A stretch of DNA of 64,000 bases, from NCBI GenBank assembly GCA_024405455.1, contig JAKSOT010000002.1:166-64165 (forward strand), written 5' to 3'. Both the position numbers and the translations under genes were made by a program. The stretch is from Akkermansia sp. (GTDB lineage Bacteria; Verrucomicrobiota; Verrucomicrobiia; Verrucomicrobiales; Akkermansiaceae). The notes under the pieces were generated by a model that saw only the letters and a list, made by a program, of their open reading frames with translations, had not been told where the DNA came from and searched no databases. Positions 1 to 9,774 of the stretch are shown here, piece by piece. How positions within the stretch are numbered: the stretch's first letter is position 1; each line of letters starts with the position of its first letter.

Positions 1-2
1 CC

Positions 3-179
3 GCCTCCTACGGATTCACCGACACCCTGGGCCGCATGCACAGCGACGCCCAGTTCGCCGGTTCCTCCTCCGTGCCCGCGCACGTGGAGATGATGGGCCT
101 CATCGGCATGGGCAACAACCCCATGGTGGGCGCCACCGTCTCCGTGGCCGTCGCCGTGGAGGAAGCCATGAAGAAGTAA
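3..179 (+). CDS. 3' end of a GGGtGRT-family protein (partial, runs in from the window edge)
   Basis: Frame from nt 3 reads ASYGFTDTLGRMHSDAQFAGSSSVPAHVEMMGLIGMGNNPMVGATVSVAVAVEEAMKK*, matching my recollection of the conserved GGGtGRT C-terminus; stop TAA at 177-179. Confidence 0.8.
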   Translation, partial: ASYGFTDTLGRMHSDAQFAGSSSVPAHVEMMGLIGMGNNPMVGATVSVAVAVEEAMKK

Positions 180-205
180 CCTCCTTCATCCATCCAACCA
201 ATCAC

Positions 206-245
206 CAGCCGCCCCCGCCGCCACGGCGCCGGGCGGCTGTTTTGC
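206..245 (+). terminator. Rho-independent terminator
   Basis: cagccgccc...gggcggctg stem followed by ttttg, just after the GGGtGRT stop. Confidence 0.6.
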
Positions 246-307
246 GTATATCCCCCCCAAAAAAAATCCCCAATCCTACATCCCAAATCCTCAATCCAAA
301 ATGATGT

Positions 308-387
308 CATGTGTGTACACACATGCTGGGAAGAGTTTGAGCGCCAACGAACAGCGGCGCGCGGCGGGGAATGTGTGTACACACATG
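308..387. repeat. Two copies of the perfect palindrome ATGTGTGTACACACAT, 62 bp apart
   Basis: catgtgtgtacacacatg at 308-325 and atgtgtgtacacacatg at 371-387. Confidence 0.9.
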
Positions 388-442
388 GCATTGCCTGCCG
401 CCCCAATCCAGAACACCCCAATTCCGGAATCCCTGTTTGAAG

Positions 443-471
443 TTGACAGGGTGGGGGATTTTTTCTATAAG
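443..471 (+). promoter_or_regulatory. Sigma70-type promoter
   Basis: TTGACA(443-448)-N17-TATAAG(466-471), upstream of the ORF at 495. Confidence 0.7.
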
Positions 472-494
472 GGTAGGCATAGAACACCTGCATT

Positions 495-833
495 GTGAAA
501 GCGACACTAATCATTTCCCTTTTGGCTCTGTGCCTCTGCCCGGTTTCCTGCTCCCAGGCGAATCCCCAGGCAACGCTGCAGCATCTCAAGACAACGGATA
601 GCGGCATCCAGGGTGGTGACGGCCAGTCCATGGAAACAGCTATCGTCCTCACTGAAAAGACCCCGGCGGTCATACGGCAGGAGTACGTCATTTTCGAGTC
701 TCTTTATGGATTCAGGCCGGATATCCAGGGGCTTTCCGAGAAAGACGGGCATCACTACGACGTGCTCAGAGGCAAAGACAAGACCCTCTATTTCGACATT
801 ACCGCGTATTGGCAGCACGAGTACGGCAAGTAG
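495..833 (+). CDS. Small secreted or lipoprotein-like hypothetical protein (112 aa)
   Basis: Hydrophobic N-terminal signal (MKATLIISLLALCLCPVSC); strong promoter upstream; compact domain with GGDG-S-ETAI...EY...YDVL...LYFDIT motif; GTG start. Confidence 0.7.
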   Translation: MKATLIISLLALCLCPVSCSQANPQATLQHLKTTDSGIQGGDGQSMETAIVLTEKTPAVIRQEYVIFESLYGFRPDIQGLSEKDGHHYDVLRGKDKTLYFDITAYWQHEYGK

Positions 834-903
834 CCTCCCCCGTGAATGGGATTGCCAAGCGGCGGCGGTTGTGGTATTTTCCATGTGAACCACCCTATAC
901 CCT

Positions 904-1542
904 ATGCAGGAGACCACACATTCCGCCTGGCTGAAAGACGCCGCCGCCAAGGGAAACGCCCAGGCCGCGTTCGAGTACGGACGCTGGATGATGCGCCGCG
1001 CCGCCACGCCAGATGATGAGAAAAGCGGACGCGACTACGTGCGCCGCGCGGCAGAGGGCGGATACCTCCCCGCCATCTATGATGAAATCATGGAGCCCCT
1101 GTACCATGGCATCGACAACCCGGAGGAGCTGGCTTCATGGTTCCGCTTCGCCATCGGCAGGAACAGCGGCCGCGCGCTGGTACGCTTCATTCACGGCTTC
1201 CTAATGCATCAGCAGATCTGGTACGCCCTCGCCAATCCGCGCAGGGTGCGCATCGGCATCCGTATGTGCTACATGCTGCTGGACTCGCCCCAGTCCGCCG
1301 CCATGAACTGTCCCACCATGGCCAGGATGGTATGGTGCTTGTCTGAAAGCGAACGCCCCTGGGCGGCCACCCTCGGCAAGCCCCTGCTGCGCCGCCTGGT
1401 GGACGTCAACGGCGCGGATTTCTGCGCCTCCATGGCGGATTTCCTGGAGTGGGCGTCGCATCGTCCCTTCCTCCCGAATGATTGCAAGCGCCAGGCGCAG
1501 CTCTGGAGAAAACGCGCCGACGGAACAAATGGAGTGCAATGA
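904..1542 (+). CDS. Sel1-like repeat protein (212 aa)
   Basis: WLKDAAAKGNAQAAFEYG and YVRRAAEGGYLPA fit Sel1 repeats; upstream TTGCCA-N17-TATTTT promoter candidate. Confidence 0.65.
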   Translation: MQETTHSAWLKDAAAKGNAQAAFEYGRWMMRRAATPDDEKSGRDYVRRAAEGGYLPAIYDEIMEPLYHGIDNPEELASWFRFAIGRNSGRALVRFIHGFLMHQQIWYALANPRRVRIGIRMCYMLLDSPQSAAMNCPTMARMVWCLSESERPWAATLGKPLLRRLVDVNGADFCASMADFLEWASHRPFLPNDCKRQAQLWRKRADGTNGVQ

Positions 1543-1654
1543 TTGCCCTGTTCCCGCAAATCATTTTCCATTGGGATACAGGAGGTGTCTTTGCTCGCGG
1601 CATGTCAGAATGGGTTTGCCAAATTCGGGGTTTTCTGGTAGGCTTTCCGCAACG

Positions 1655-2746
1655 ATGAAAGCTTTGCACACCTACCGCGCGCTAGCGTTTGGCGCCGTCC
1701 TGCTGGCGGTTGTTTCCTGCACCCACCAGGATGATGCGAAAATCCCCGGCCTGCATCCGGAGGACACCCCCGCCGTTCCCGGCAAGCCCACCACCACGAC
1801 CACGCAACCCGGCACGGGGATGGCCACGGAGCCTGTCACCCGCGCCACGCCGCCGGGACGCCGCATCTCGCGCCTGGCCGTGCCCGGCAACTATGTGGCG
1901 TTGACGTTCGACGACGGACCCAGCGCGGCCACCACGCCGCGCGTGCTGGACATCCTGCGCAACCACGGCGCGCACGGCACCTTCTTCGTGGTGGGCGAGA
2001 GCGTGAACCGCAATGCCGGAATCCTCTCCCGCGCCGTCTCGGAGGGCAATGAAATCGGCGTCCACACCTGGAGCCACATCAAGATGACAGGCAGCAGCAG
2101 CGAGCGCATCAACAGCGAGGTCTCCCGAAGCATCGACGCCATCACCGCCGCCACGGGACGTGCCCCGCGCCTCATCCGCCCGCCCTACGGCGCCACCAAC
2201 GCCTCCATCGTCAACTCCATGTTCGAGAACTACGGGCTTACCTCCGTGCTGTGGGACGTGGACACGCGCGACTGGCAGCATCCCGGCGTGGATGTGGTCA
2301 TATCCCGCGCCGTGGGCAACGCGCATTCCGGCTCCATTATCCTGGTGCATGACATCCACGCCTCCACGCTTGCCGCGCTGGAGGGCATCGTGAGCGGCCT
2401 CCAGGCGCGCGGCTTCAAGCTGGTGACGGTGTCCGAGCTGATGGCGCTGGCCAACCACGCCGCGGCGGCACCCGCACCCGTAGCCGCACCTGCGCCCACT
2501 CCCGCACCCGCGCCCGCCGTGGCGGAACCCGTCACACCCAACTCTCCGCCCGCACCCGTTGAGGTTGCCTCCGCGCCCGCCATCCCCACCCCGGTGAATG
2601 TGTCCGCCAGCAACCTGGTGCCGCGTGTCATGCGCAACATGGGCAGCGCCACCATCGGCAACGCCCCCGCGCCTACGCAGGAACCCGTGCAGCCCGCAGC
2701 ACCTGCTGCGAGCGGCGGTGCTTCCGCCATCTCCGGCCAAAACTAA
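1655..2746 (+). CDS. Polysaccharide deacetylase (CE4/NodB) lipoprotein with Pro/Ala-rich tail
   Basis: VALTFDDGP, EIGVHTWSH, RPPYG, LWDVDTRDW and ILVHD motifs; lipobox-like LLAVVSC. Start reassigned to ATG 1655. Confidence 0.92.
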   Translation: MKALHTYRALAFGAVLLAVVSCTHQDDAKIPGLHPEDTPAVPGKPTTTTTQPGTGMATEPVTRATPPGRRISRLAVPGNYVALTFDDGPSAATTPRVLDILRNHGAHGTFFVVGESVNRNAGILSRAVSEGNEIGVHTWSHIKMTGSSSERINSEVSRSIDAITAATGRAPRLIRPPYGATNASIVNSMFENYGLTSVLWDVDTRDWQHPGVDVVISRAVGNAHSGSIILVHDIHASTLAALEGIVSGLQARGFKLVTVSELMALANHAAAAPAPVAAPAPTPAPAPAVAEPVTPNSPPAPVEVASAPAIPTPVNVSASNLVPRVMRNMGSATIGNAPAPTQEPVQPAAPAASGGASAISGQN

Positions 2747-2762
2747 TCTTTTTTCCTTTCCC

Positions 2763-4292
2763 ATGCCAGCCAAGAAAATCATCGGCCGCGTGGCCCTGGT
2801 GGGCGCCGGCCCCGGCGACCCCGAGCTCATCACCCTGCGCGGGCGCAACCTCATCGCAGAGGCCGACTGCCTGGTGTACGACGCCCTCTCCTCGCCCGAA
2901 ATGCTTGCCTGGGCCAAGCCGCAGTGCGAGCGCGTCTACGTGGGCAAGCGCGCGGGCAAGCACGCCATGCCGCAGGAGGACATCTGCCGCCTGCTCGTGA
3001 AATGCGCGGGCAAGCACGCCCTCACCGTCCGCCTGAAGGGCGGCGACCCCTATGTGTTCGGCCGCGGCGGCGAGGAGGCGCAGGCACTCCATGCGGCCAA
3101 GGTTCCGTTCGAGGTGGTGCCGGGCGTTTCATCCGCCATCGCGGGCCCGGCGTATGCGGGCATCCCCGTCACCCACCGCGACTGCTGCTCCCAGTTCACC
3201 GTCTTCACCGGACACAAGGGCGCGGACTCCGACGAACCGCTGGATATCCCCGGAATCGCGGCGGTGCAGGGCACCAAGGTCATGCTCATGGGCATGGCGC
3301 ACCTCAAGGAAACCCTCGCCTCGCTCGTCAAGGCCGGACAGTCCGCCGACACCCCCGCCGCAGCCATCCAATGGGCCGCCACGGGCCGCCAGCGCAGCGT
3401 TTCCGCCACCGTCGGCACCCTGGCCGCCGCCGTGGACAATTCCGGCATCTCGTCCCCCGCCGTTGTGGTCATAGGTGAAGTCGTCTCCCTCGCCCCGCAG
3501 CTGGACTGGCGCAGCCGCCTGCCGCTGGTGGGCAAGCGCATCGTCATCACCCGCACGCGGGAGCAGGCCAGCGCGCTCTCCGCGCAGCTCCGCGGCCTCG
3601 GCGCTGATATTTTGGAGCTGCCCACCATCCGCATCACCGACCCCACCAACAAGCAGGACTTCGCGGAGGCTGTGGTGGACGCTCCGCACTACGACTGGCT
3701 CATCTTCTCCAGCCCGAACGGCGTGCAGCGCTTCTTCCGCGCGTTCTTCGCCGTGTACGAGGATATCCGTGAAATCGGCGGCGCGCGCATCGCGGCGGTC
3801 GGCCCCGGCACCGCGGCGGAGCTCCGCAAGGTCGGCCTCATGGTGGACGTGATGCCCAAGAAGGCCGTGGCGGAGGAACTGATCGCCGAATTCGACCGCA
3901 AGGCCGACGACTTCGGCGGCGTGGCCAACTCCACCATGCTCTGGGTGCATTCCGAGCAGGGGCGCGACCTCATCTACAAGGAGCTCATGAAGCGCCAGGC
4001 CATCGTGGACGAGTGCTGCGCCTACAACACCGTGCCGGAGACGGACGACCCCACCGGGGCACGCGAGCGCCTGGCCGCGGAGGGCGCGGACATCATCACC
4101 TTCACCAGCTCCAGCACCGTGCGGCACTTCATGGCACTCAACCTCCCGCTGCCCAAGGGCTGCCGCATCGTCAGCATCGGCCCCGTCACCACCGCCACCC
4201 TCGCGGAGTTCGGCCTCAAGCCGCACGCGGAGGCCGCGGAGCACGACATCCCCAGCCTGGTGCAGGCCATCCTCTCGCTGTCCAAGGCATGA
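2763..4292 (+). CDS. cobA: Bifunctional uroporphyrinogen-III C-methyltransferase / uroporphyrinogen-III synthase
   Basis: VGAGPGDPELIT, RLKGGDPYVFGRGGEE and VVPGVSS (SUMT), then a HemD domain (VITRTREQA, WLIFSSPNGV, TFTSSSTV, SIGPVT). Confidence 0.95.
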   Translation: MPAKKIIGRVALVGAGPGDPELITLRGRNLIAEADCLVYDALSSPEMLAWAKPQCERVYVGKRAGKHAMPQEDICRLLVKCAGKHALTVRLKGGDPYVFGRGGEEAQALHAAKVPFEVVPGVSSAIAGPAYAGIPVTHRDCCSQFTVFTGHKGADSDEPLDIPGIAAVQGTKVMLMGMAHLKETLASLVKAGQSADTPAAAIQWAATGRQRSVSATVGTLAAAVDNSGISSPAVVVIGEVVSLAPQLDWRSRLPLVGKRIVITRTREQASALSAQLRGLGADILELPTIRITDPTNKQDFAEAVVDAPHYDWLIFSSPNGVQRFFRAFFAVYEDIREIGGARIAAVGPGTAAELRKVGLMVDVMPKKAVAEELIAEFDRKADDFGGVANSTMLWVHSEQGRDLIYKELMKRQAIVDECCAYNTVPETDDPTGARERLAAEGADIITFTSSSTVRHFMALNLPLPKGCRIVSIGPVTTATLAEFGLKPHAEAAEHDIPSLVQAILSLSKA

Positions 4293-5344
4293 CCGCTCCC
4301 GCCCCAGCGCCGCACATGCTCTGCCTGGGCGTGAACTTCCGCACGGCCCCCGTGTCCGTGCGCGAGCGCTTCGCCGTGCTCAAGGGCAAGTTGGTGGGCG
4401 CCAACCGCGCCATTGCCGCGCTGCCCGCTGTGCAGGAGTGCGTGCTGCTCTCCACCTGCAACCGCACGGAAATCTACCTGTGGAGCGCGGAGCCGCAGGA
4501 CGCCGCGTGCGCCGTGCTGGCCCACCTGTTGGGCGCGGATGCCGCCGCCGCGGACTGCTTCTACACCCACGCAGACACCGATGCCCTGCAGCACCTCGCC
4601 ACCGTGGCGGCGGGCATGGATTCCATGGTGTTGGGTGAGACGGAAATCTTCGGCCAGCTGAAAGACGCCTACCGCGCCGCGCAGGAGGCCGGTACCACCG
4701 CCTCCTTCGCCAACCGCACCTTCCAGCACATCTTCACCGTCGGCAAGCGCGTGCGCTCCTCCACCCGCATCACCTCCGGCCCCACCTCCGTGGGCGCCGC
4801 CGCCGTTCAGATGGCCCGCGAAATCCTCGGCGACCTCGCTGGCAGCCGCGTCCTCATCGTCGGCGCGGGCGAGGTGGCGCGCTCCACCGCCAAGAGCCTC
4901 GCCTCCCGCGGCGCGGAGCACATCTTCGTCGCCAACCGCTCGTATGACCGCGCCGTCGCCCTCGCGGAACAGGTCGGCGGCTCCGTCATCCGCTTCGCCG
5001 ATTGGATTCCCTATCTGGAGAACATCGACATCGTCATCGTCTCCACCGCATCGCCCGCATATGTGGTGTCGCCCGCGCTGCTGGAGCGCGTGCAGCCGCA
5101 GCGCAAGCGCCCGCTCTTCCTCATCGACCTCTCGGTGCCGCGCAACGTGGACCCCACCTGCGCGTTGGTGCAGGATGTCCACCTGTACGACATGGACGCC
5201 ATGCAGGCCATGGCGGAGGAATCCCTGCAGGGTCGCGCGCGCGAGCTCGCGCACGGCGCGGATATCATCCGCCAATGGGTGCGCGAGGAGGCACCCTCCC
5301 TCCTGAACCCGAATTTTCCCGCTCGTGAAAACGTTGAAAAATGA
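4289..5344 (+). CDS. hemA: Glutamyl-tRNA reductase (351 aa, short C-terminus)
   Basis: GVNFRTAPV, STCNRTEIY (catalytic Cys), GMDSMVLGETEIFGQ, GAGEVA, DLSVPRNVD; ATGA overlap with the cobA/hemD stop. Confidence 0.93.
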   Translation: MTAPAPAPHMLCLGVNFRTAPVSVRERFAVLKGKLVGANRAIAALPAVQECVLLSTCNRTEIYLWSAEPQDAACAVLAHLLGADAAAADCFYTHADTDALQHLATVAAGMDSMVLGETEIFGQLKDAYRAAQEAGTTASFANRTFQHIFTVGKRVRSSTRITSGPTSVGAAAVQMAREILGDLAGSRVLIVGAGEVARSTAKSLASRGAEHIFVANRSYDRAVALAEQVGGSVIRFADWIPYLENIDIVIVSTASPAYVVSPALLERVQPQRKRPLFLIDLSVPRNVDPTCALVQDVHLYDMDAMQAMAEESLQGRARELAHGADIIRQWVREEAPSLLNPNFPARENVEK

Positions 5345-5441
5345 GAGCATTGCAACTAAAATAAAAAAAGTTGTGGACAGATTGAACGGATAATTGTTAG
5401 GATGTGTCTACACTTCATAAGCAAAGCTTGAAGGGCATTAT

Positions 5442-5987
5442 ATGAACGGTAACAGGTCAGACGTAAGCGAGGAGACATTGGTGGCCATTTTGGCGACCAT
5501 GCGCGTGGAAGCCACACCGGAGGCTGATTTCGAGGAACGCTTCCTCTACAACTTCCACGAGAGGGTCACCCAGGAAATCGTCTGCACCCCCGCCCGCCGC
5601 CGTATGCTGGACCACGTCCTTCAAGCGCTCCAGAACTTCGGCATGGGCAAGCTGGCATTCGGTACCTCCGCTCTCGGCGTCGGCGCCCTCGCCCTCGGCT
5701 GCTGCGCCGCCCCGGAGACCCAGGAGAACGGCATCGCCTCCGCCCATCGGCATAACCGTTTTGAGACCAGCCTCGCCTCCCTCGCCCCCTCCCTCCGCTC
5801 CGACATGGATTCCTGCACCTGCGTCCGCGTGCTCAGCGCTCCCAAGCAGAACGCCGCAGACGACGAGTTCATGGCCCAGGGCGGCCCGGAGGAGTCCAAC
5901 GGCTTCACCAGCAGCATGAACAGGGGCTGGGCCGCCGATTTCGAGACTCCCGCCAACACCTCCGCACAGCGCGTGTTCGCCTATTGA
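5442..5987 (+). CDS. Hypothetical protein (181 aa) with a central hydrophobic segment
   Basis: AT-rich upstream region, typical codon usage, followed by a strong terminator. Confidence 0.7.
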   Translation: MNGNRSDVSEETLVAILATMRVEATPEADFEERFLYNFHERVTQEIVCTPARRRMLDHVLQALQNFGMGKLAFGTSALGVGALALGCCAAPETQENGIASAHRHNRFETSLASLAPSLRSDMDSCTCVRVLSAPKQNAADDEFMAQGGPEESNGFTSSMNRGWAADFETPANTSAQRVFAY

Positions 5988-6027
5988 TTTTCGTTTCTGA
6001 TTGTTTGTTGTAGTTTGATTGTTCCAT

Positions 6028-6063
6028 GACGCGCAGCTCCGAAAGGGGCTGCGCGTTTTCTTT
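6028..6063 (+). terminator. Rho-independent terminator between convergent genes
   Basis: acgcgcagctcc-gaaa-ggggctgcgcgt followed by tttcttt. Confidence 0.85.
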
Positions 6064-6068
6064 GGAGG

Positions 6069-9000
6069 TCAATCCAACCTTTCTGCGGCGGCCTGGAGCT
6101 TCTTCACGGAGGCGCGTCCCTTGAGGGCCAGGGCGGGGGCAAACACGGTGAGGCGGAATTCCTGAACGAGCAGGCCGTAGGCGAGCCAGGCGGCGGAGCG
6201 CGGGTGGTTGGGGTATTCCTGCGCGAAGGCGGGGTTCACGCTGGCGGCCACGCTTTCGATGCGCTCCAGCTCCTTGGCGGCGGGTTGTTCCCTGATGCGG
6301 CGCAGGCGCTCGCGGAAGCCGCGCAGGAAGCGCGTGTGGTCGATGAAGGTGTCGCGCGTGAGGTCGGCGAGCGCGCCCTCACGTGTGAGCCAGGCCCACT
6401 GCTGCGTCAAATCGGCGGCGATGCGCTGCGCGAAGCGGTCGCGGGCGGTGAGGGTGTATTCTCGCAGCTCCCGGTCGGCGGCGGCAAGCTGCTCCCAGAG
6501 CTTGGCGAGCGGGCCGGAGAGCGTGTCGTACAGGTTTTCGCGCACGCGGGTGCACGCAGCGTCGAACTGCTCCTGCGTGCGGGGCAGGGGGCTTGGCAGG
6601 CAGAGGTTCACGGCGGCGTGCAGGGTGTCCGCCACGTTGCCCTTGGGCTTGGCGCCCACGGTGGTCATGGCCAGCTTGGCCTCCATGGAGGTGATGGGCA
6701 TGCGCTTGCGGATGCTGTTGACGAAATCCGCGCAGCGGATGAGCACGAGCCGCCGCACGCCCGCCAGATGCGCGAAGTCCGCTTCCTCGCGCGACGGGAA
6801 CACATGCACGCGCACGCGCTCGCCGTCGTCCTGCAGCGCGGGGAATCCCTCGCCGTTGCCCACGTCCACGGTGTCGGGCAGGGTGCCGCAATCCCAGCGG
6901 GTCATGGGGGTGGACGAGAACCCGCGGTTGGCCTTCTTGCGGAAGCGGCGCTGGCGGTAGTCGGCCAGGCGCTCGCGCAGGGCGGCCACATCGGTGCCGA
7001 GCGCCAGCTCGTTGCCGGCGTCGTCGCACACCCAGATTTTGGTGATGAATTCGGGCGGCAGCTTCTGCATGTCGAACTGGGAGGCGTTGCAGAACTTGCC
7101 CGTGCGGCGGGCGGCGAACTCCGCCAGCGCCTGCGCCAGCGGGCGGTCCGGCTCGCGGTCGTACCATTCCTCGAAGAAGTCCGCGGCGGATTCCGCCATC
7201 GGCATCAGGAAATTGCGGAGGTCCTTGGGCAGGCTGCGCAGCAGCATCTCCGCGCGCTGCGCCAGGTGCGCGGGCACGCCCCAGTCCGGCAGGTAGTCCG
7301 GGAAATCCTCCAGCTGGTCGATGTGCACGCCGATGGTCACGCCGTCGTCCTCCTCGCAGGGGGCGTGATTGTAGTACACGGGGTAGTCCTGCCCCGCGGC
7401 GTGCAGCTCGTCGGGATAGAGGTCGGCGGGGGTGTCGTCCTCGCCGGGGTAGATGCAGTCCCCGTACGGGATGAAGAGGGCTTTGGGCTTGCGGGCTTCC
7501 ACCTTCTCGCGCCAGGCGCGCAGGGCCTTTTCGCTGTTGATGTCGGCGGGGATGCGCTCGTCGAAGAACCGGTACACGCCCTCCGCGCACCACACCAGGT
7601 CGCGCCGCCGCAGCTTGGATTCCGCCTCCCGCACGGCCTCCCGCATGTCCTGCAGGTGCGCCAGGAACGGCGGGGTGTCGCGCAGCTCCATGGCCATGAT
7701 GCCGTCGCGTATCATGATTTCGCGGGCGGCGGCGGGGTTGTAGCGGGCGTAGCTCACGCGGCGGCTGTCCACGATGGTGAGGCCGCCGCAGGTGACGCGC
7801 TCCTTGGCGTAGACCACGCCGGCGGCCTTGTCCCAGGCGGCGTCGTAGGCGTGGTAGGAGCAGAGCTGCGGTGCGACCTGTTCCACCCACTTGGGGTCCA
7901 GCACGGCGCAGCGGCGCATGAAGAGGCGGCTGGTTTCCACGAGCTCCGCGCCCATGAGCCACTCCGGGCGCTTCTGGCGGCGGAAGAGCCCGCTGCCGGG
8001 GAACACGGAGAACTCCCGCCCGTTGGCGCCGCGGTACACCTTGTCGTCCGCGCGCCAGAAGCCGATTTGCAGCGGCGCGCCCGCCAGCAGCGAGCGGTGG
8101 ATCATCTCCGGCGTGGCCTGTTTGTCCTCCGGCGGCAGCTCCGGGATGCGCCAGCGCAGGTTCTGCTGCAGCGCGAGCGTGAGGTCCAGGGTCAGGTTGT
8201 GCCACTCCATGATGCGCAGGTAGCTCACGTAGTTTTTGGAACACCACTTGCGCAGCTGGTTGCGGCGCATGCGGTGGTGCTCGCGGAACGCCAGCGTGGC
8301 GCGCCACAGCTTCAGCATGCCCAGGAAGTCGCTGTCCGCGTCCTTCCATTGCGCGTGCGCCTGGTCCGCCTGCGCGGCCTCCTCCTGCGGCCTCTCACGC
8401 GGATCCATGATGCTCAGCCCCGCCACCATCACCAGTATCTCCGGCAGAGCCTGCTGGTGGCGCGCCTCCAGCAGCATGCGCCCCAGACGCGGGTCCAGCG
8501 GCAGGCGCGCCAGCTTGCGGCCTATGTCGGTGAGCTCCTTCTTGCGGTCGATGGCGCCTATTTCACGCAAACTTCTGTAGCCCTCGCTGATGAGCCGCGG
8601 GCTGGGCGGGTCCGGCAGCGGGAACTCGCCGAGCGGCGGCAGGTGCAAATCCGCCATGCGCAGGATGACGCCCGCCAGCGCGCTGCGCTTGATTTCCGGG
8701 TCCGTGTACGCGTCCCGCGCCTCGAAATCCGTTTGCGAGTACAGGCGGATGCAGACGCCCTCCGTCACGCGGCCGCAGCGCCCCGCGCGCTGGCGGGCGC
8801 TGGCCTGCGAGATGGGCTCAATCTGCAACCTCTGGATTTGCCGGCCCGGCAGGTAGCGCGAGATGCGTGCCACGCCGCTGTCGATGACGTAGATGATGCC
8901 GGGGATGGTGAGGGAAGTTTCCGCCACGTTGGTGGCGAGCACGATGCGGCGGCGCCCCTTGGCGGGGTGGAAGATGCGCTGCTGGTCCGCCAGCCCCAGC

Positions 9001-9770
9001 CGCGCGAACAGAGGCAGGATGTCCGTGCGCGGAAGGTCCATCATGCCCAGCGCGTCCGCGCAGTCGCGGATTTCCCGCTCGCCCGGCAGGAACACCAGCA
9101 CGTCGCCCTTGGAGTCGTATTCGGAAAGCCATTCCACGGCGCGGCAGACGTGGTCCGCCAGCTCCTCCTCGGTGTTGCGCGGGGGCATGTAGTGGAGGTC
9201 CACATGGTAGGTGCGGCCCTCCACGTTGACCACGGGCGCGCCGTCGAAGAATTCCGAGAAGGCGGCGGCATCCATGGTGGCGGAGGAGATGATGAGCTTC
9301 AAGTCCCGCCGCCGCGCCAGCAGCAGCTTCATGTAGCCCAGCAGGAAATCGATGTTCAAGCTGCGCTCGTGCGCCTCGTCCAGGATGATGGTGTGGTACT
9401 GCCGCAGGTCCGGGTCGTTTTGCGTTTCCGCCAGCAGGATGCCGTCCGTCATCATCTTGATGCGCGTTTCAGGCCCGGTGCGGTCGTCGAAACGTACCTG
9501 GTAGCCCACGAATCCGCCCACCTCGCCGTTCAGTTCATCCGCAATGCGGCGGGCCACGGCCACGGCGGCCAACCGGCGGGGCTGGGTGCAGCCCAGGCGG
9601 CCGCGGCGCTCGCCGGCCACCTCCAGGGCAATCTTGGGCAGCTGGGTGGTCTTGCCGCTGCCGGTCTCGCCCACCACTACCACCACGCGGTTGCGGCGCA
9701 ACGCCTCCGCTATCTCCCGCCGCTTGCGGGAAATGGGCAGGTCGGGGTACTGGAAGCGGGATTCGGGCAC
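6069..9770 (-). CDS. hrpA: ATP-dependent RNA helicase HrpA (with C-terminal DUF3418-like region)
   Basis: GETGSGKTTQLP, TQPRRLAA, DEAHERS, SATMD, ATNVAETSLT, QRAGRCGR; probable GTG start at 9770, just after the aguB stop. Confidence 0.93.
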   Translation of the reverse strand: MPESRFQYPDLPISRKRREIAEALRRNRVVVVVGETGSGKTTQLPKIALEVAGERRGRLGCTQPRRLAAVAVARRIADELNGEVGGFVGYQVRFDDRTGPETRIKMMTDGILLAETQNDPDLRQYHTIILDEAHERSLNIDFLLGYMKLLLARRRDLKLIISSATMDAAAFSEFFDGAPVVNVEGRTYHVDLHYMPPRNTEEELADHVCRAVEWLSEYDSKGDVLVFLPGEREIRDCADALGMMDLPRTDILPLFARLGLADQQRIFHPAKGRRRIVLATNVAETSLTIPGIIYVIDSGVARISRYLPGRQIQRLQIEPISQASARQRAGRCGRVTEGVCIRLYSQTDFEARDAYTDPEIKRSALAGVILRMADLHLPPLGEFPLPDPPSPRLISEGYRSLREIGAIDRKKELTDIGRKLARLPLDPRLGRMLLEARHQQALPEILVMVAGLSIMDPRERPQEEAAQADQAHAQWKDADSDFLGMLKLWRATLAFREHHRMRRNQLRKWCSKNYVSYLRIMEWHNLTLDLTLALQQNLRWRIPELPPEDKQATPEMIHRSLLAGAPLQIGFWRADDKVYRGANGREFSVFPGSGLFRRQKRPEWLMGAELVETSRLFMRRCAVLDPKWVEQVAPQLCSYHAYDAAWDKAAGVVYAKERVTCGGLTIVDSRRVSYARYNPAAAREIMIRDGIMAMELRDTPPFLAHLQDMREAVREAESKLRRRDLVWCAEGVYRFFDERIPADINSEKALRAWREKVEARKPKALFIPYGDCIYPGEDDTPADLYPDELHAAGQDYPVYYNHAPCEEDDGVTIGVHIDQLEDFPDYLPDWGVPAHLAQRAEMLLRSLPKDLRNFLMPMAESAADFFEEWYDREPDRPLAQALAEFAARRTGKFCNASQFDMQKLPPEFITKIWVCDDAGNELALGTDVAALRERLADYRQRRFRKKANRGFSSTPMTRWDCGTLPDTVDVGNGEGFPALQDDGERVRVHVFPSREEADFAHLAGVRRLVLIRCADFVNSIRKRMPITSMEAKLAMTTVGAKPKGNVADTLHAAVNLCLPSPLPRTQEQFDAACTRVRENLYDTLSGPLAKLWEQLAAADRELREYTLTARDRFAQRIAADLTQQWAWLTREGALADLTRDTFIDHTRFLRGFRERLRRIREQPAAKELERIESVAASVNPAFAQEYPNHPRSAAWLAYGLLVQEFRLTVFAPALALKGRASVKKLQAAAERLD

Positions 9771-9774
9771 GGAA

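Noticed and set aside
308-387. Mini-CRISPR interpretation of the two palindromes
   Set aside because: Only two 17-bp units, below typical repeat length, and no cas genes in the window.
1478-1654. N-terminal extension of the deacetylase ORF in the track
   Set aside because: A promoter candidate (TTGCCA-N17-TAGGCT) and the signal peptide support ATG 1655.
2450-2720. Pro/Ala repeats in the first deacetylase
   Set aside because: Ordinary low-complexity linker or tail.
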